Source: an uncultured virus (IMG/VR IMGVR_UViG_3300043775_001647) (taxonomy: Duplodnaviria > Heunggongvirae > Uroviricota > Caudoviricetes). From it: a DNA stretch of 64,000 nucleotides. Of this stretch, positions 36,219 to 46,223 are shown piece after piece. Each line of letters starts with the position of its first letter. Within the stretch, counting starts at the first letter, position 1. The DNA lies in IMG/VR virus record IMGVR_UViG_3300043775_001647. One strand, given 5' to 3'. The position numbers and the translations under genes are program-made. Under the pieces are notes generated by a model. The model ran no database searches. It was not told where the DNA came from and saw nothing but the letters and a program-made list of their open reading frames with translations.

Positions 36219-37171
36219 CTCTTTAAATCGTGGTTAACCATTTTTGTAATCATTTCTTCGAATGAGGTTTTAGGAGCCCATCCTAAATGATTGTTTATTT
36301 TACTGTAATCTCCTTTTAAATCTTGAATATCGTTATTGCGGACAAACTTTGGATTAATTGTAATATAGGCATTGTAGTCAGTTATTCCAACTGCTTTAAA
36401 AGCAACCTCTAGCAAATATCTTAGAGAGTGAGACTCGTTAGTTGATATAACAAAGTCTTCAGCGGTATCATTTTGTAACATCAACCACATAGCTTCAACG
36501 AAGTCAGGAGCATAACCCCAATCCCTTGTCACATCTAAATTACCTAGTTCAATACTATCGATTTCTCCTTTAGCTATTTTAGCTATTCCATTAGTAATCT
36601 TTCTAGTAACAAACTCCAAGCCTCTTCTTTCTGATTCGTGGTTAAAGCTGATACCATTACAGGCAAACAGTCCATAGGACTCTCTGTAGTTTCTAATGAT
36701 CCATTGAGCGTATAACTTAGCTACTCCGTAAGGTGACTTTGGGTAAGGAATAGTCTGTTCGTTAGCCGTAGTGTACTTTAAGTTACCAAAGATTTCACTA
36801 GTGCCTGCTTGGTAAAATTTAATATCAGGATTGACCTGTTTAATTGCTTCTAAGAATCTTAATACACCAACACCATTTACGTTAGCGGTATACTCTGGGG
36901 TAATCCAGCTATTCGGTGCAAAAGATACTGCACCAAAGTTATAGATTTCATCCGGGTTGGCTTGGGTGACTGCTTTGTAGAGTGATGCTTGGTCATTTAT
37001 ATCGACTTGTAAGAAATTTATTTTATCTTGAATCTGAACAATGTTATCTTTTTTAGATGTGTTTATATCCCTGGTTGATCCATAAACGGTATAGCCTTTC
37101 TCTAACAGAAAATCCGCCATGTGGCTTCCAACCATCCCAGTAACTCCTGTTATTAATGCTACCTTTGTCAT
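36215..37171 (-). CDS. gmd: GDP-mannose 4,6-dehydratase
   Basis: ALITGVTG, PDEIYN, TSEIFG, SPYGVAK, FNHES, FVTRKI, LGNLD..RDWG. Confidence 0.92.
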   Translation of the reverse strand: MTKVALITGVTGMVGSHMADFLLEKGYTVYGSTRDINTSKKDNIVQIQDKINFLQVDINDQASLYKAVTQANPDEIYNFGAVSFAPNSWITPEYTANVNGVGVLRFLEAIKQVNPDIKFYQAGTSEIFGNLKYTTANEQTIPYPKSPYGVAKLYAQWIIRNYRESYGLFACNGISFNHESERRGLEFVTRKITNGIAKIAKGEIDSIELGNLDVTRDWGYAPDFVEAMWLMLQNDTAEDFVISTNESHSLRYLLEVAFKAVGITDYNAYITINPKFVRNNDIQDLKGDYSKINNHLGWAPKTSFEEMITKMVNHDLKR

Positions 37172-37173
37172 AA

Positions 37174-37797
37174 TTACTTAACGTAGGTGAAAAGGTAATG
37201 ATCTTCAAAAGATACTTTTTCCCATACGTAACCTGGTAGTAATGCTTGTACAGCTTCCACTGTCACTCCTAAATGTATTTCGACCATAACATCAGGATGA
37301 TTTTGCTCAATTGTTTTTTGAGCTCCTCTTAAAACTTCTAACTCTAAACCTTCAACATCTATTTTAATAAAAGTAACATTTAAAAAATCATAACTATCTA
37401 ATGTTCTTAGTACTATTGGATGTCCGTTTGAACTTACTTTAGATGTTCCTGAGTTATGATCCATACTATTTACAAATTCTAGGAACCCTTGTATATTGTC
37501 AGAAGAGATTCCTACATCATAAATTTCACAATCTGAGCAGTTTTTGTGTAATAAAGGAAGGTTATCGGGGTGAGGTTCAAAACAAACCACCCGATCTGCT
37601 TTACATACTTTCTTAAAAAACAAAGCGTGATTACCAATGTTTGCACCTACATCTATAACAAAATCAAAAGACTTTACTTTTTCTTTTAACGGTGTCAATA
37701 GCCATTCCTCAAAAAAAGTATTATTTTCTGAAGCTATCCGCCCTATAAGGTCTGGGTGGTACTGTATCTCATACTCTTTATCTTCGTATTTTATCAT
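37174..37797 (-). CDS. FkbM-family methyltransferase
   Basis: IDVGANIGNH, FEP, IKIDVEGLE. Confidence 0.92.
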   Translation of the reverse strand: MIKYEDKEYEIQYHPDLIGRIASENNTFFEEWLLTPLKEKVKSFDFVIDVGANIGNHALFFKKVCKADRVVCFEPHPDNLPLLHKNCSDCEIYDVGISSDNIQGFLEFVNSMDHNSGTSKVSSNGHPIVLRTLDSYDFLNVTFIKIDVEGLELEVLRGAQKTIEQNHPDVMVEIHLGVTVEAVQALLPGYVWEKVSFEDHYLFTYVK

Positions 37798-38408
37798 AAT
37801 GTTTCGTAATAATTGTTTTGTTTTTCCTGTCTTTCGATAGTCTTAGGGTGAATCAAAGCTAATTCATCTACTGCAGGTAAGGTAGTATATTGTTTGAACC
37901 CAACAATCTTTTCATGAACTTTATTCTCCCATTTGATCTCTGGGTTGTTTCTATAGATTCTGCTCTGGTAATCAGGCCAATTCACTCTTCCGTTCTGTAC
38001 TCTCCAACCCCATTTCTGTATATGCTCCGGGGTGAGACCACTTACAGTATTAATCCTAGGAACATAGTACAGATCAACTTCGGGGTTAGCTTCCAGTATT
38101 TGATGAAGGAGGTCGATAAACTCTGCAGGTAAGTATTCATCAGCATCTATCTGGAATATGAAATCGCCGGTACAGTGTGATGATAATAAGTTCTTCCAGT
38201 CTGCAAAATGTCCTTCAAAGCGGTTGCTTACTAAACATCCTTCTGATTTAATTGTATCAAGGTAGGTTATTACTTCTTGAGTGCCTTTACTCTGATCGAA
38301 TAGGATTATTATCTCATCTTCTTTGTGTTTGTTAGAAATAAGGAAATCAACTAAGCGTTTAATCTCCTCTAATTCATCACAGACTGTAATAGCATAGCTA
38401 ATTTTCAT
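37794..38408 (-). CDS. Glycosyltransferase family 2
   Basis: ISYAITVC, FQIDADE, WPDYQ.R, KVHE. Confidence 0.88.
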   Translation of the reverse strand: MKISYAITVCDELEEIKRLVDFLISNKHKEDEIIILFDQSKGTQEVITYLDTIKSEGCLVSNRFEGHFADWKNLLSSHCTGDFIFQIDADEYLPAEFIDLLHQILEANPEVDLYYVPRINTVSGLTPEHIQKWGWRVQNGRVNWPDYQSRIYRNNPEIKWENKVHEKIVGFKQYTTLPAVDELALIHPKTIERQEKQNNYYETL

Positions 38409-38424
38409 ATTATTAATATATGAA

Positions 38425-38880
38425 TTAAGCTCCTAAAATGCCAATATATTCTAGAGCATCCATGAAGTCTTTTTCTTCAAAGTACTTAGCTGTAGACATA
38501 TCCATTCTGAATTCATAGTATTCGTTCTTCTTGCCTGGCTTAGGATACTTCTTCTTCTCCTCTTCCTTGACAGGAACTGCCTTAACTCCGGTCCATCTCC
38601 ATTCACTCTTATTTGATCCTTGAGCAAATACCATTCCTTTATCGGGCTGGTTAACCGTATTTGGCATCCAGATCTTACCTTCTGCATCTTTAAAGAATAG
38701 ATCTTTGTAGAGCTCAGGAAGAATTTCTGCCTGTAAAGTAATAAATTCGCTTCCTTCAGTCATAACAGTGTTGGTAATAAACCCGCAACCGTAACAAAGG
38801 TAGTTAGTAACTTCAGGAGAGACTTCCTGAGTGTAGCAAGCATCGGAGCCGCATCTATCGCAGATTGTTAAATTGTCCAT
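38425..38880 (-). CDS. Zn-ribbon hypothetical protein
   Basis: CDRC...CYGCG. Confidence 0.8.
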   Translation of the reverse strand: MDNLTICDRCGSDACYTQEVSPEVTNYLCYGCGFITNTVMTEGSEFITLQAEILPELYKDLFFKDAEGKIWMPNTVNQPDKGMVFAQGSNKSEWRWTGVKAVPVKEEEKKKYPKPGKKNEYYEFRMDMSTAKYFEEKDFMDALEYIGILGA

Positions 38881-39065
38881 TTAGTCTTTTTTTTATAGTC
38901 TTCTAAAGCTTTCAAGGATGCTTTTCTTTGAACTACTTTAGTTTTAGTCACGTAGTTATTCATATACTTACCCAGAAGTCTTTCGTGGGTTAGTTTCTGT
39001 ACCTCTCTCCGGGTACGTCTGAAGAGGTATCTAAAGTTTAAGATAACTGTTAGTAAGTCTTTCAT
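38868..39065 (-). CDS. Hypothetical basic protein
   Basis: TAATG overlap with the GT4 gene. Confidence 0.65.
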   Translation of the reverse strand: MKDLLTVILNFRYLFRRTRREVQKLTHERLLGKYMNNYVTKTKVVQRKASLKALEDYKKKTKWTI

Positions 39066-40366
39066 TATAGCTTTTTAAGTTTAGGTAGTTCAATTTTCTT
39101 TAACTGAGGTAGTTGAAGCTTTATCTCCTTTGGGAATTCAGGTATATGCTTGGTTAATAACGTATCTAATCTCTCTTTCATCTTATCATAAGAGAATTCA
39201 GTTTTCGACCTATAAGCCTGTCTCTTTGCTCCGTCAGTATACTTTTTGTAGTTCTCAAATACATCCCTCATTTTTGCTCCTAACATACCTGCATCAGGTG
39301 AAAACCATTGAGCGCCTTCTAAAATAATTCCCGGTACGTAAGCACTTGGATGGACTGGTTTTAGTTTTCCTGGGATTAAGGTAACGAATTCTGAATCTAA
39401 ATAATCTAAGTGTCCAGACCAATCACTAACTAGGATCGGTTTCTTTATTAACGAAAATTCTAATAAAGGTCTTCCAAAGCCTTCACCCTTGGTTAGATTA
39501 ACCATTGCTTTTACTTTAGGGTGATTATATAGCTGGTTAACCTCTTGATCGGAAAACTCTCCATGAAGTAGGTAGACGTTCGGGATATTAACAGAATTGA
39601 CAGTCTTTCTGATTGAGGCAATTCTTTTTAGTATCTCTTCTCGGTCCATATAAGAAGTTCCGCCCATTGAAGTTTTAAGTATCAATGCAGGTTTTTTAGC
39701 TTTATTCTTAAATGTTTCATAGAATGCTTTGATGAGTAACCCAACATTCTTTCTATCCTCTCCAAGGTCTCCTTGCAGCCAATGACCGACAAATAAATAA
39801 GCGAAGTCTTCCTTAATGCTAGAAAGATTAATATCAACTACCTCTTTAGATTCTAAAGGAAGATATTTCGTAATATCTACTCCTTCAAATAAAACCTCTA
39901 AAGGCTTTTCAAGCTTAATAGTTCGTATTAACTGATTTGTTTTTTTATCTTTCTCTTCGAAGTTTGATTTCTCTAAAGCCTCTTTTGAAAATGTAGATGA
40001 TACGAAAGTAATATCCATTCTATTTAGTCCTTCAATCCACTCCGGCGCACACATCGTAGTCTCAACTCCGGCTGTAAAGCCGATGTTGTATTTACCTACA
40101 GCCTGGAATTCATTAGGAACTGTTAACTGAGACCAGATTTCTGGCTGACGGGGTAATTGAGGAGATGTTAAAATATGTTCTTTAAGAAAGCCCCAATCCT
40201 CTTTAAAGTCTTCGATAAAGCCCCAGGGAGTACTTCCCCATCTTTGTGGTAGTATCTTAACATCATACTTGTCGAGTTCGATGATTGCTTTAACTAAGTC
40301 TCTTGATCTTGATCCATACCCGGAATAGGTATCTATCGGGCAACTAATTACGTATAATGGCTTCAT
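39065..40366 (-). CDS. Glycosyltransferase family 4
   Basis: SGYG, RKNVG, KGEGFGRPLLE, WSGHLD. Confidence 0.9.
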   Translation of the reverse strand: MKPLYVISCPIDTYSGYGSRSRDLVKAIIELDKYDVKILPQRWGSTPWGFIEDFKEDWGFLKEHILTSPQLPRQPEIWSQLTVPNEFQAVGKYNIGFTAGVETTMCAPEWIEGLNRMDITFVSSTFSKEALEKSNFEEKDKKTNQLIRTIKLEKPLEVLFEGVDITKYLPLESKEVVDINLSSIKEDFAYLFVGHWLQGDLGEDRKNVGLLIKAFYETFKNKAKKPALILKTSMGGTSYMDREEILKRIASIRKTVNSVNIPNVYLLHGEFSDQEVNQLYNHPKVKAMVNLTKGEGFGRPLLEFSLIKKPILVSDWSGHLDYLDSEFVTLIPGKLKPVHPSAYVPGIILEGAQWFSPDAGMLGAKMRDVFENYKKYTDGAKRQAYRSKTEFSYDKMKERLDTLLTKHIPEFPKEIKLQLPQLKKIELPKLKKL

Positions 40367-41802
40367 TAATATTTTAATTTATGAACTATCTTCTTTCTAG
40401 CAACTTCTCCTGCAAGGATTAATTCGTATTTTTCTCTCGGTGTCCAAGTTTCAAATAGAGTATCCATATGCTTAACGATTCTTTCTCCCATGATTTTAGA
40501 AGTAAACCCTGCTTCCGGACCTGCAGCCCACTTCCTACCAGCTTCACCTCTCCTCTTTCTCTCTGTATTTCCAAGCAAGTACACCTCCTCGATCATCTGA
40601 GCAGCATCCTCTGCTTCACATCTATCATCCCAGATGTAAGGAGTTGGTACTGAACCTTGGATTGATCTTGAGACTGGATAGACTGGGAATGCCCACTCTC
40701 CATGCTCTCTATAAGTACCTCTGTGATTGGATGGGAAATCGTAATCAAAGTCCATCCATACTCCATCTTTAACAAATCTCATCTGGTCTTGCATTCCACC
40801 GGTAACGTTTGCAATAATAGGCATACCTACAAGTAGAGCCTCAGTCAAACATAAACCCCATCCCTCATTCGAGGTTAATAGTATGCAAGTATCTGCGAGG
40901 TTATACAACCAGTTCATCCGAGTATGATCGAACATACCTCCTGTGAAATGAACGTTGATATGCTCCTCCGAACAGAATAATTCAACGACTGCATTTAAGT
41001 CTGTTCCATGCTCTTCAACCGGCTGGGTATGCATAAGAAGTAAACACTTCTTTGCTTTCTCTTTTGGAAGACTATCCACGAAGTGTCTGAATGCTAAGAT
41101 TGTATCCGGGATCTGTTTCCGGCGAATGTTCCTGGAATTAAATAGAACGACGAAGTCGATCTCCTTTCCTTGAAACATCTGCTTTTTAAACTCCGTAAAC
41201 TCTTTTGAACCTAATACGTCTTCAGTTAACGGTTTAAAATTGTCTTCGTTTACTCCATGAGGTACATACTCAATCATTTTATATTGAGCTTTATCTCCTA
41301 AGACTAATTTATTGATATTAACTGTCTGCTTTGAAATGCCGAACAATGCATCACACGACTCATAAAACTCTTTATTGTAGAGAGGTGCCGGATAGTCATC
41401 CCAAATATTCAAATACACGATCGGGATGTGTCTCCGGATCTCATTCTCCATTTGGAATAACCAAGTCCAATATCTTGGATCGGTAATGATGAAGATTGCA
41501 TCCGGCTTCTCCATTTGAATTAACTGGCGGGTTAGATCGGGATTTCCGTACCCGTCTGTCGGATAGAGCATCACCGAGGAATCCTGGATGCCGGCTTGCC
41601 TGTTAGTATCCTCGGAGAGATCAAAGCGTTGACCAGCTTCTGGATGCTTGACAGCTCCTCCTAAGTTAACCCAATTAAAGTGGTGAGCTGTATTGATCAC
41701 AAGCTCCCGACCCATGTGAGCGATACCGGAATGAACCCGAATGTCATCGCACATTAATAAAATTTTCTTTCGTTTGTCTTTTCGTATGTAACCGTCTTTC
41801 AT
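40366..41802 (-). CDS. Glycosyltransferase family 4
   Basis: VPHGV, NSRNIRRK, NEGWGLCLTEA, TGGMQDQ. Confidence 0.9.
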   Translation of the reverse strand: MKDGYIRKDKRKKILLMCDDIRVHSGIAHMGRELVINTAHHFNWVNLGGAVKHPEAGQRFDLSEDTNRQAGIQDSSVMLYPTDGYGNPDLTRQLIQMEKPDAIFIITDPRYWTWLFQMENEIRRHIPIVYLNIWDDYPAPLYNKEFYESCDALFGISKQTVNINKLVLGDKAQYKMIEYVPHGVNEDNFKPLTEDVLGSKEFTEFKKQMFQGKEIDFVVLFNSRNIRRKQIPDTILAFRHFVDSLPKEKAKKCLLLMHTQPVEEHGTDLNAVVELFCSEEHINVHFTGGMFDHTRMNWLYNLADTCILLTSNEGWGLCLTEALLVGMPIIANVTGGMQDQMRFVKDGVWMDFDYDFPSNHRGTYREHGEWAFPVYPVSRSIQGSVPTPYIWDDRCEAEDAAQMIEEVYLLGNTERKRRGEAGRKWAAGPEAGFTSKIMGERIVKHMDTLFETWTPREKYELILAGEVARKKIVHKLKY

Positions 41803-41844
41803 AATATAACTTTAAAATAACTAATTAGTGGGAGGAAGGCAAGC

Positions 41845-42033
41845 TTATTTCTCTTGATAATCGATAATTGCCTTTCGAAAGTCTTTATCGTTCAAATAAA
41901 GGTGAATGCATTTATTTACAAGGTTATGCAGAGTGAACCGGTCGCGTACGCACTCTACTTTAAAATCATTGAACTGGTCTTGTTCCACCTTCACGGAGGT
42001 TAATACCATTGTTTTAGTTGTATCTTTTGTCAT
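41845..42033 (-). CDS. Ribbon-helix-helix-like small protein
   Basis: LTSVKV...F..FK...TLHNLVNKCIHLYL; TATTTAT upstream. Confidence 0.65.
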   Translation of the reverse strand: MTKDTTKTMVLTSVKVEQDQFNDFKVECVRDRFTLHNLVNKCIHLYLNDKDFRKAIIDYQEK

Positions 42034-42083
42034 AAATATATCTTTATAATAAATATATACTGTCCTAAATTCGCGATCTAGAT

Positions 42084-43037
42084 TTATTTAAACTTCGCCC
42101 CTGCATGCTCGCAGTGCCTTGGCTGTTCGTAGAACGGACAAAACTTACAAGCACTAGCCGAGGGTGTTCTTGCATACACTCTCTCTTTTATCTCCCCTGT
42201 CGGTTCGAAACATTCTTTAATAAACTCTTCCATCTTACCAACTGCTTTCTTAGTCTTAATCGGACCTGAAGCTGGAATGAACTCCTGCACTCTCTTCTGA
42301 ACGAAATCAGATTGTTCCCAAAGCTTTCTTTTAACAATAAAGAACTTAATATGAATCTTCTCCGGATTAACTCCGAACTGCTTATTAAAGAAATTCTTAT
42401 AGAGGATCAATTGAGATTGTTTCATCTCGTCTTTCTTATCCTTGTCACCCCAACCTCTGGTCGAAGTCTTGATATCAAAGATATGATACTCGTCTGAAGG
42501 TTCATGATATAGAACTAAGTCAATAAAGCCTTTGAATAATACTCCCGGATGGTCTTCAATAGGTTGAATCATTAGTGGAATTTCAACTCCTACTAAATGC
42601 CAACCCTGTTTGCCGAAGTAAGCTGCTCTATTCTTTTTAATATACTTAAGGATAGTGCAGCCGTCTTCGTAGAACTCCTGTAAGTCTTTCGCAGTAACAA
42701 AATGCTCTCCGTTGTTATTCTTCTTCTCGTCTGAGTAATGGAAGATTAATCCTTCGTAAAGTTTATCTTCTAAGTCCATCGCATCGGCTGCCACTCCTGA
42801 TACTTCATATAGGGTTGTTAGCCAGTCCTGAACTGTTTCATGGAATGCTTTACCGAACACAGTATGAATGGAAGGCTTATAGACTTTAATCTTGTCTTTA
42901 TAAGTTAGCTTCCAACGGTGAGGACATTGATTATAGACCTGCATTTGAGAGTAAGAGATGTTCTTCTGAGTCTCTTTGTCGATCTCCAGAAGCTTATGCT
43001 CCCGGATCTGCTTAATTACTTTCGGTAACTTGATCAT
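42084..43037 (-). CDS. PD-(D/E)XK nuclease, Cas4/AddB-like
   Basis: SYSQ...CP, FG..FHE, GFIDLV, DIKTS, QL.LY, CKFCPF...C. Confidence 0.88.
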   Translation of the reverse strand: MIKLPKVIKQIREHKLLEIDKETQKNISYSQMQVYNQCPHRWKLTYKDKIKVYKPSIHTVFGKAFHETVQDWLTTLYEVSGVAADAMDLEDKLYEGLIFHYSDEKKNNNGEHFVTAKDLQEFYEDGCTILKYIKKNRAAYFGKQGWHLVGVEIPLMIQPIEDHPGVLFKGFIDLVLYHEPSDEYHIFDIKTSTRGWGDKDKKDEMKQSQLILYKNFFNKQFGVNPEKIHIKFFIVKRKLWEQSDFVQKRVQEFIPASGPIKTKKAVGKMEEFIKECFEPTGEIKERVYARTPSASACKFCPFYEQPRHCEHAGAKFK

Positions 43038-43248
43038 CGATCTCCTGTTTAAGTCTTTCTAAGTATAGAATACCGTCCATGAGTTCTTCTTGGGCGTGGT
43101 TGATCCATTCTACTTTACTTAGATCTTTTCTATCGAGAGTGTTGCTGTATTTCTTAAAGCCCATCTCGGCTCTATCAACAAACTTATTTAAGATAGAATC
43201 AACAATAGAATCAGGAATGAAGTTAGTATAATTAATCTTTCTGCTCAT
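43012..43248 (-). CDS. Small all-alpha protein, possibly a MazG-like NTP pyrophosphatase
   Basis: RAEMGFKKY...WINHAQEELMDGILY (EExxD). Confidence 0.5.
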   Translation of the reverse strand: MSRKINYTNFIPDSIVDSILNKFVDRAEMGFKKYSNTLDRKDLSKVEWINHAQEELMDGILYLERLKQEIDDQVTESN

Positions 43249-43477
43249 CAGCGTATTCCTCTCTTAAGTCTTTAGGTAAAGTATCTAATAGGATCTTTCC
43301 TGTCTTAACGTCGTAGAATACTGGGATGGGCATTACTGCATCTTCGTCAGTACCTGCAACAAAGCGAGAGATTTTCCTTAGGATCATTCCTTCGGCAAAA
43401 ACGTGGTTACCTTCTGGTGATAATACCGGCTGGGTATTTTTAAGGTCGATGTTGAGTTTTAAGTCTTGTTGTTTCAT
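43232..43477 (-). CDS. Hypothetical protein
   Basis: 81 aa, packed between neighbours. Confidence 0.75.
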   Translation of the reverse strand: MKQQDLKLNIDLKNTQPVLSPEGNHVFAEGMILRKISRFVAGTDEDAVMPIPVFYDVKTGKILLDTLPKDLREEYADEQKD

Positions 43478-43740
43478 AATTCGTAATCTCCGTAAATGGA
43501 ATATTGTTTTGGTTGTTCTTCTGGTATTTCTACTTCACTAGTTCTAATTGCAAATAATTTACCCTGGATTGGTTCCAGACGGTAGGCTAAAGGCTTTGAG
43601 GTTGCTTTCTGGTAATAAGCTTCTAAAGCATCAGTTATGCTCTTCCTGATCTCCATCTCCCCCTCCAAGGTCCATCTGTCCCCCGGCGGTGTTCTCTGTG
43701 CTATCAACTGTAAGCTCTCCTTGATTTCTGTCTTGTTCAT
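43474..43740 (-). CDS. Hypothetical protein
   Basis: IAQRTPPGDRW. Confidence 0.7.
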   Translation of the reverse strand: MNKTEIKESLQLIAQRTPPGDRWTLEGEMEIRKSITDALEAYYQKATSKPLAYRLEPIQGKLFAIRTSEVEIPEEQPKQYSIYGDYEL

Positions 43741-43939
43741 CTTCTAATGGTTCAACTGTTTGTACTTCATTAACAAAGAAGTATTCGTCTCCGTGTTTGA
43801 ATACTTTCTCGGCATGCCATGCCTCTTTTATTTCATTGGCTGATTCGGTAGGGAGAACAGCTCCAGGTCGAAGCTTTAAGATCCTAACAACCTCATACAT
43901 GTTATCCTGTATAAGAACTATTCTCCCCTTGCCAACCAT
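43631..43939 (-). CDS. Hypothetical protein
   Basis: TAATG overlap with groEL; 3' end overlaps the next gene. Confidence 0.65.
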   Translation of the reverse strand: MVGKGRIVLIQDNMYEVVRILKLRPGAVLPTESANEIKEAWHAEKVFKHGDEYFFVNEVQTVEPLEDEQDRNQGELTVDSTENTAGGQMDLGGGDGDQEEHN

Positions 43940-45567
43940 TACCCTAGCATTAATTGATTAGACGCATCGTCCATGCTGTTAGAACCGTTCTCTGTAAGTT
44001 CATCTGCAACTACACATTCAGTCAATAGGATTGTTCCTGCTACTGATGCTGCATTCTCTAGAGCCGTTCTAGTTACTTTAAATGGATCAATGATACCAGC
44101 ATCTTTTAAATTAGTAACATTCTCTTCTGTAAGATTCCAACCTGTCCACTTATCGGAATTCGCGCAAATTTGCCCGCTAATATCAGATATTTGTTGGTAC
44201 TCATAACCAGCATTAGTTAGAATTTTATAGAATGGCATTGTACATGCCATGTATATAATTTGATATCCGGTACTTGTCTCACTGGCAGTCCAGCTAGGCA
44301 TACTTCGTAGTAAAGCAATTCCGCCGCCAGGAACAATTCCTTCAGCAATAGCAGCTCTTGTAGCATGTAAAGCATCCTCTACTCGGTCCTTCTTCTCTTT
44401 CATTTCAAGTTCTGAATTACCTCCAACGTGAATGATTGATACCCCGCCTGTAAATTTAGCTAAACGCTCCTGAAGCTTCTCCATCTCAAAAGGACTCTTT
44501 GCATTATCGATCTGAGCTTTCAAGTCTTCAATACGAGAAGTAATAGCTTCTACTTCACCTTTACCGTCGATGATAGTAGTAGATTCTTTCTGGATATTAG
44601 CCTTGCGTGCTTCACCTAACCATGCTTTATCTACCCGGCTTAACTTCATTCCTTTCTCAGGAGAGATTACTTGACCGCCTGTCAAGACTGCAATGTCTTC
44701 CATGATAAGCTTTCTTCTATCTCCGAAGTCAGGAGCTTTAACTGCACATACTTTAATAGTACCTCTCATCTTATTTACAATCAAGGTAGCCAAAGCTTCA
44801 TTATCAATATCTTCGCAGATGATCAACAACGATTTATTATCAGATGAAACTGATTCGAGGATAGGAAGTAAGTCCTTAGCCTGTGAAAGCTTCCCATCAT
44901 AAATTAAAACTAAGGGATTGTCTAACACTGAAGACATAGTTGCATTATCAGTAACGAAGTGAGGTGATTTAAATCCTCGATCGAACTGAATACCTTCAAC
45001 TGTCTCTAAGTAGGTATCACCCGTCCTAGATTCTTCAATAGTAACAATCCCGTCTCTGCCTACTGCAGCTAATGCTGAAGTGATTAGAGAACCTACCTCA
45101 GGGTCGTTGTTTGCAGACACAGAAGCGATCTGGTCTAACTGCCCCTCTGAAGTAATATCTTCAGCGATATTTTCTTTGATGTAAGCAATTACTTCTTTAA
45201 CTGCTTTATCGATATCGCGTTTAATTTGTACTGCATTACCTCCGTTATCTAAGGCTTTTAATCCTTGATTGGTAATGAATTGAGCAAGTAGGGTTGCTGT
45301 AGTAGTTCCATCACCAGCAATGTTTGCTGTCTTGATAGCTGCTTGTTTAAGCATATCAACGGCGATTGAATGTACTGGGTCTTTCAAAGAGATAATCTTT
45401 GCAACCGTAACTCCGTCCTTGGTAGAACGAACTTCACCTGTCTCATTTCTATAAACAACATTCCGGCCGTTAGGTCCTAAAGTTGCTGTAACTGCATTTG
45501 CAATCTTATCAATTCCTTCTGATAATTTCTTGCGTGCTTGGTTTGAATATTCTATCTGTTTGCTCAT
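43939..45567 (-). CDS. groL: Chaperonin GroEL
   Basis: TLGPNGRNV, TKDGVTVAK, AGDGTTTAT, KAPDFGDRRK, EGIVPGGG. Confidence 0.97.
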   Translation of the reverse strand: MSKQIEYSNQARKKLSEGIDKIANAVTATLGPNGRNVVYRNETGEVRSTKDGVTVAKIISLKDPVHSIAVDMLKQAAIKTANIAGDGTTTATLLAQFITNQGLKALDNGGNAVQIKRDIDKAVKEVIAYIKENIAEDITSEGQLDQIASVSANNDPEVGSLITSALAAVGRDGIVTIEESRTGDTYLETVEGIQFDRGFKSPHFVTDNATMSSVLDNPLVLIYDGKLSQAKDLLPILESVSSDNKSLLIICEDIDNEALATLIVNKMRGTIKVCAVKAPDFGDRRKLIMEDIAVLTGGQVISPEKGMKLSRVDKAWLGEARKANIQKESTTIIDGKGEVEAITSRIEDLKAQIDNAKSPFEMEKLQERLAKFTGGVSIIHVGGNSELEMKEKKDRVEDALHATRAAIAEGIVPGGGIALLRSMPSWTASETSTGYQIIYMACTMPFYKILTNAGYEYQQISDISGQICANSDKWTGWNLTEENVTNLKDAGIIDPFKVTRTALENAASVAGTILLTECVVADELTENGSNSMDDASNQLMLG

Positions 45568-45570
45568 AAC

Positions 45571-45882
45571 TTAAAAAGGTACTGATGTAAAATCGTCTTC
45601 GATGATAGCTAAGATTTGATTCTCTGGACCGATGTAGTAATCTTCTCCTTTGAATTCGAACTTAGTAAAGCCCATCGTTGGTAGAACGGCAATATCACCG
45701 AACTTGGCTGTAGTCTTTACGAAACCAACTCCTGGGATTGTTATTCCGTCTCCGACAGATATTACCTGGCCGATCTTATTCTTTTCATTTCCTAAATCTG
45801 GAACGATGATGTTCCCGTGTAACTCTTCCTCCAACTCGTAAGGCTTAAGGATAACTGCGTTATAAATTGCTTTTAATTTCAT
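45571..45882 (-). CDS. groS: Co-chaperonin GroES
   Basis: GNIIVPD, GQVISVGDG, ILAII; adjacent to groEL. Confidence 0.93.
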   Translation of the reverse strand: MKLKAIYNAVILKPYELEEELHGNIIVPDLGNEKNKIGQVISVGDGITIPGVGFVKTTAKFGDIAVLPTMGFTKFEFKGEDYYIGPENQILAIIEDDFTSVPF

Positions 45883-46166
45883 TTTATTGTTATTTGTTTT
45901 AGTTCTTGTAAACGTGTTTTATGACCGGAGATAAATTTCTGCAGGGAATCATAATCTTTATTCTTAATTGAATCTTCTGCAATCACATCTAAACATCTTT
46001 CTAGATCAGAATAGTAACCAATCGTTTGATCTCTCTCTCTTCCGGAAGTTCCGGCAATAATTTTCTTAATAGCTGTGTAGCAATACTGATCGTATTGAAT
46101 GTAATAGGGTTCTAATAACGGATCGGTAATCGTGTAAATACTCGAGTTTTTCTCTTTTTTATCCAT
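45879..46166 (-). CDS. Hypothetical protein
   Basis: ITDPLLEPYYI..D, IGYY; promoter variant upstream. Confidence 0.75.
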   Translation of the reverse strand: MDKKEKNSSIYTITDPLLEPYYIQYDQYCYTAIKKIIAGTSGRERDQTIGYYSDLERCLDVIAEDSIKNKDYDSLQKFISGHKTRLQELKQITIK

Positions 46167-46223
46167 AACTTTACTTTTAATATACGAACTTTTATTTAAA
46201 TTGCAACTTGTTTATTATAAATA

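Noticed and set aside
42084..43037. Cas4 as part of a CRISPR system
   Set aside because: Stand-alone PD-(D/E)XK nuclease typical of phages; no array or other cas genes
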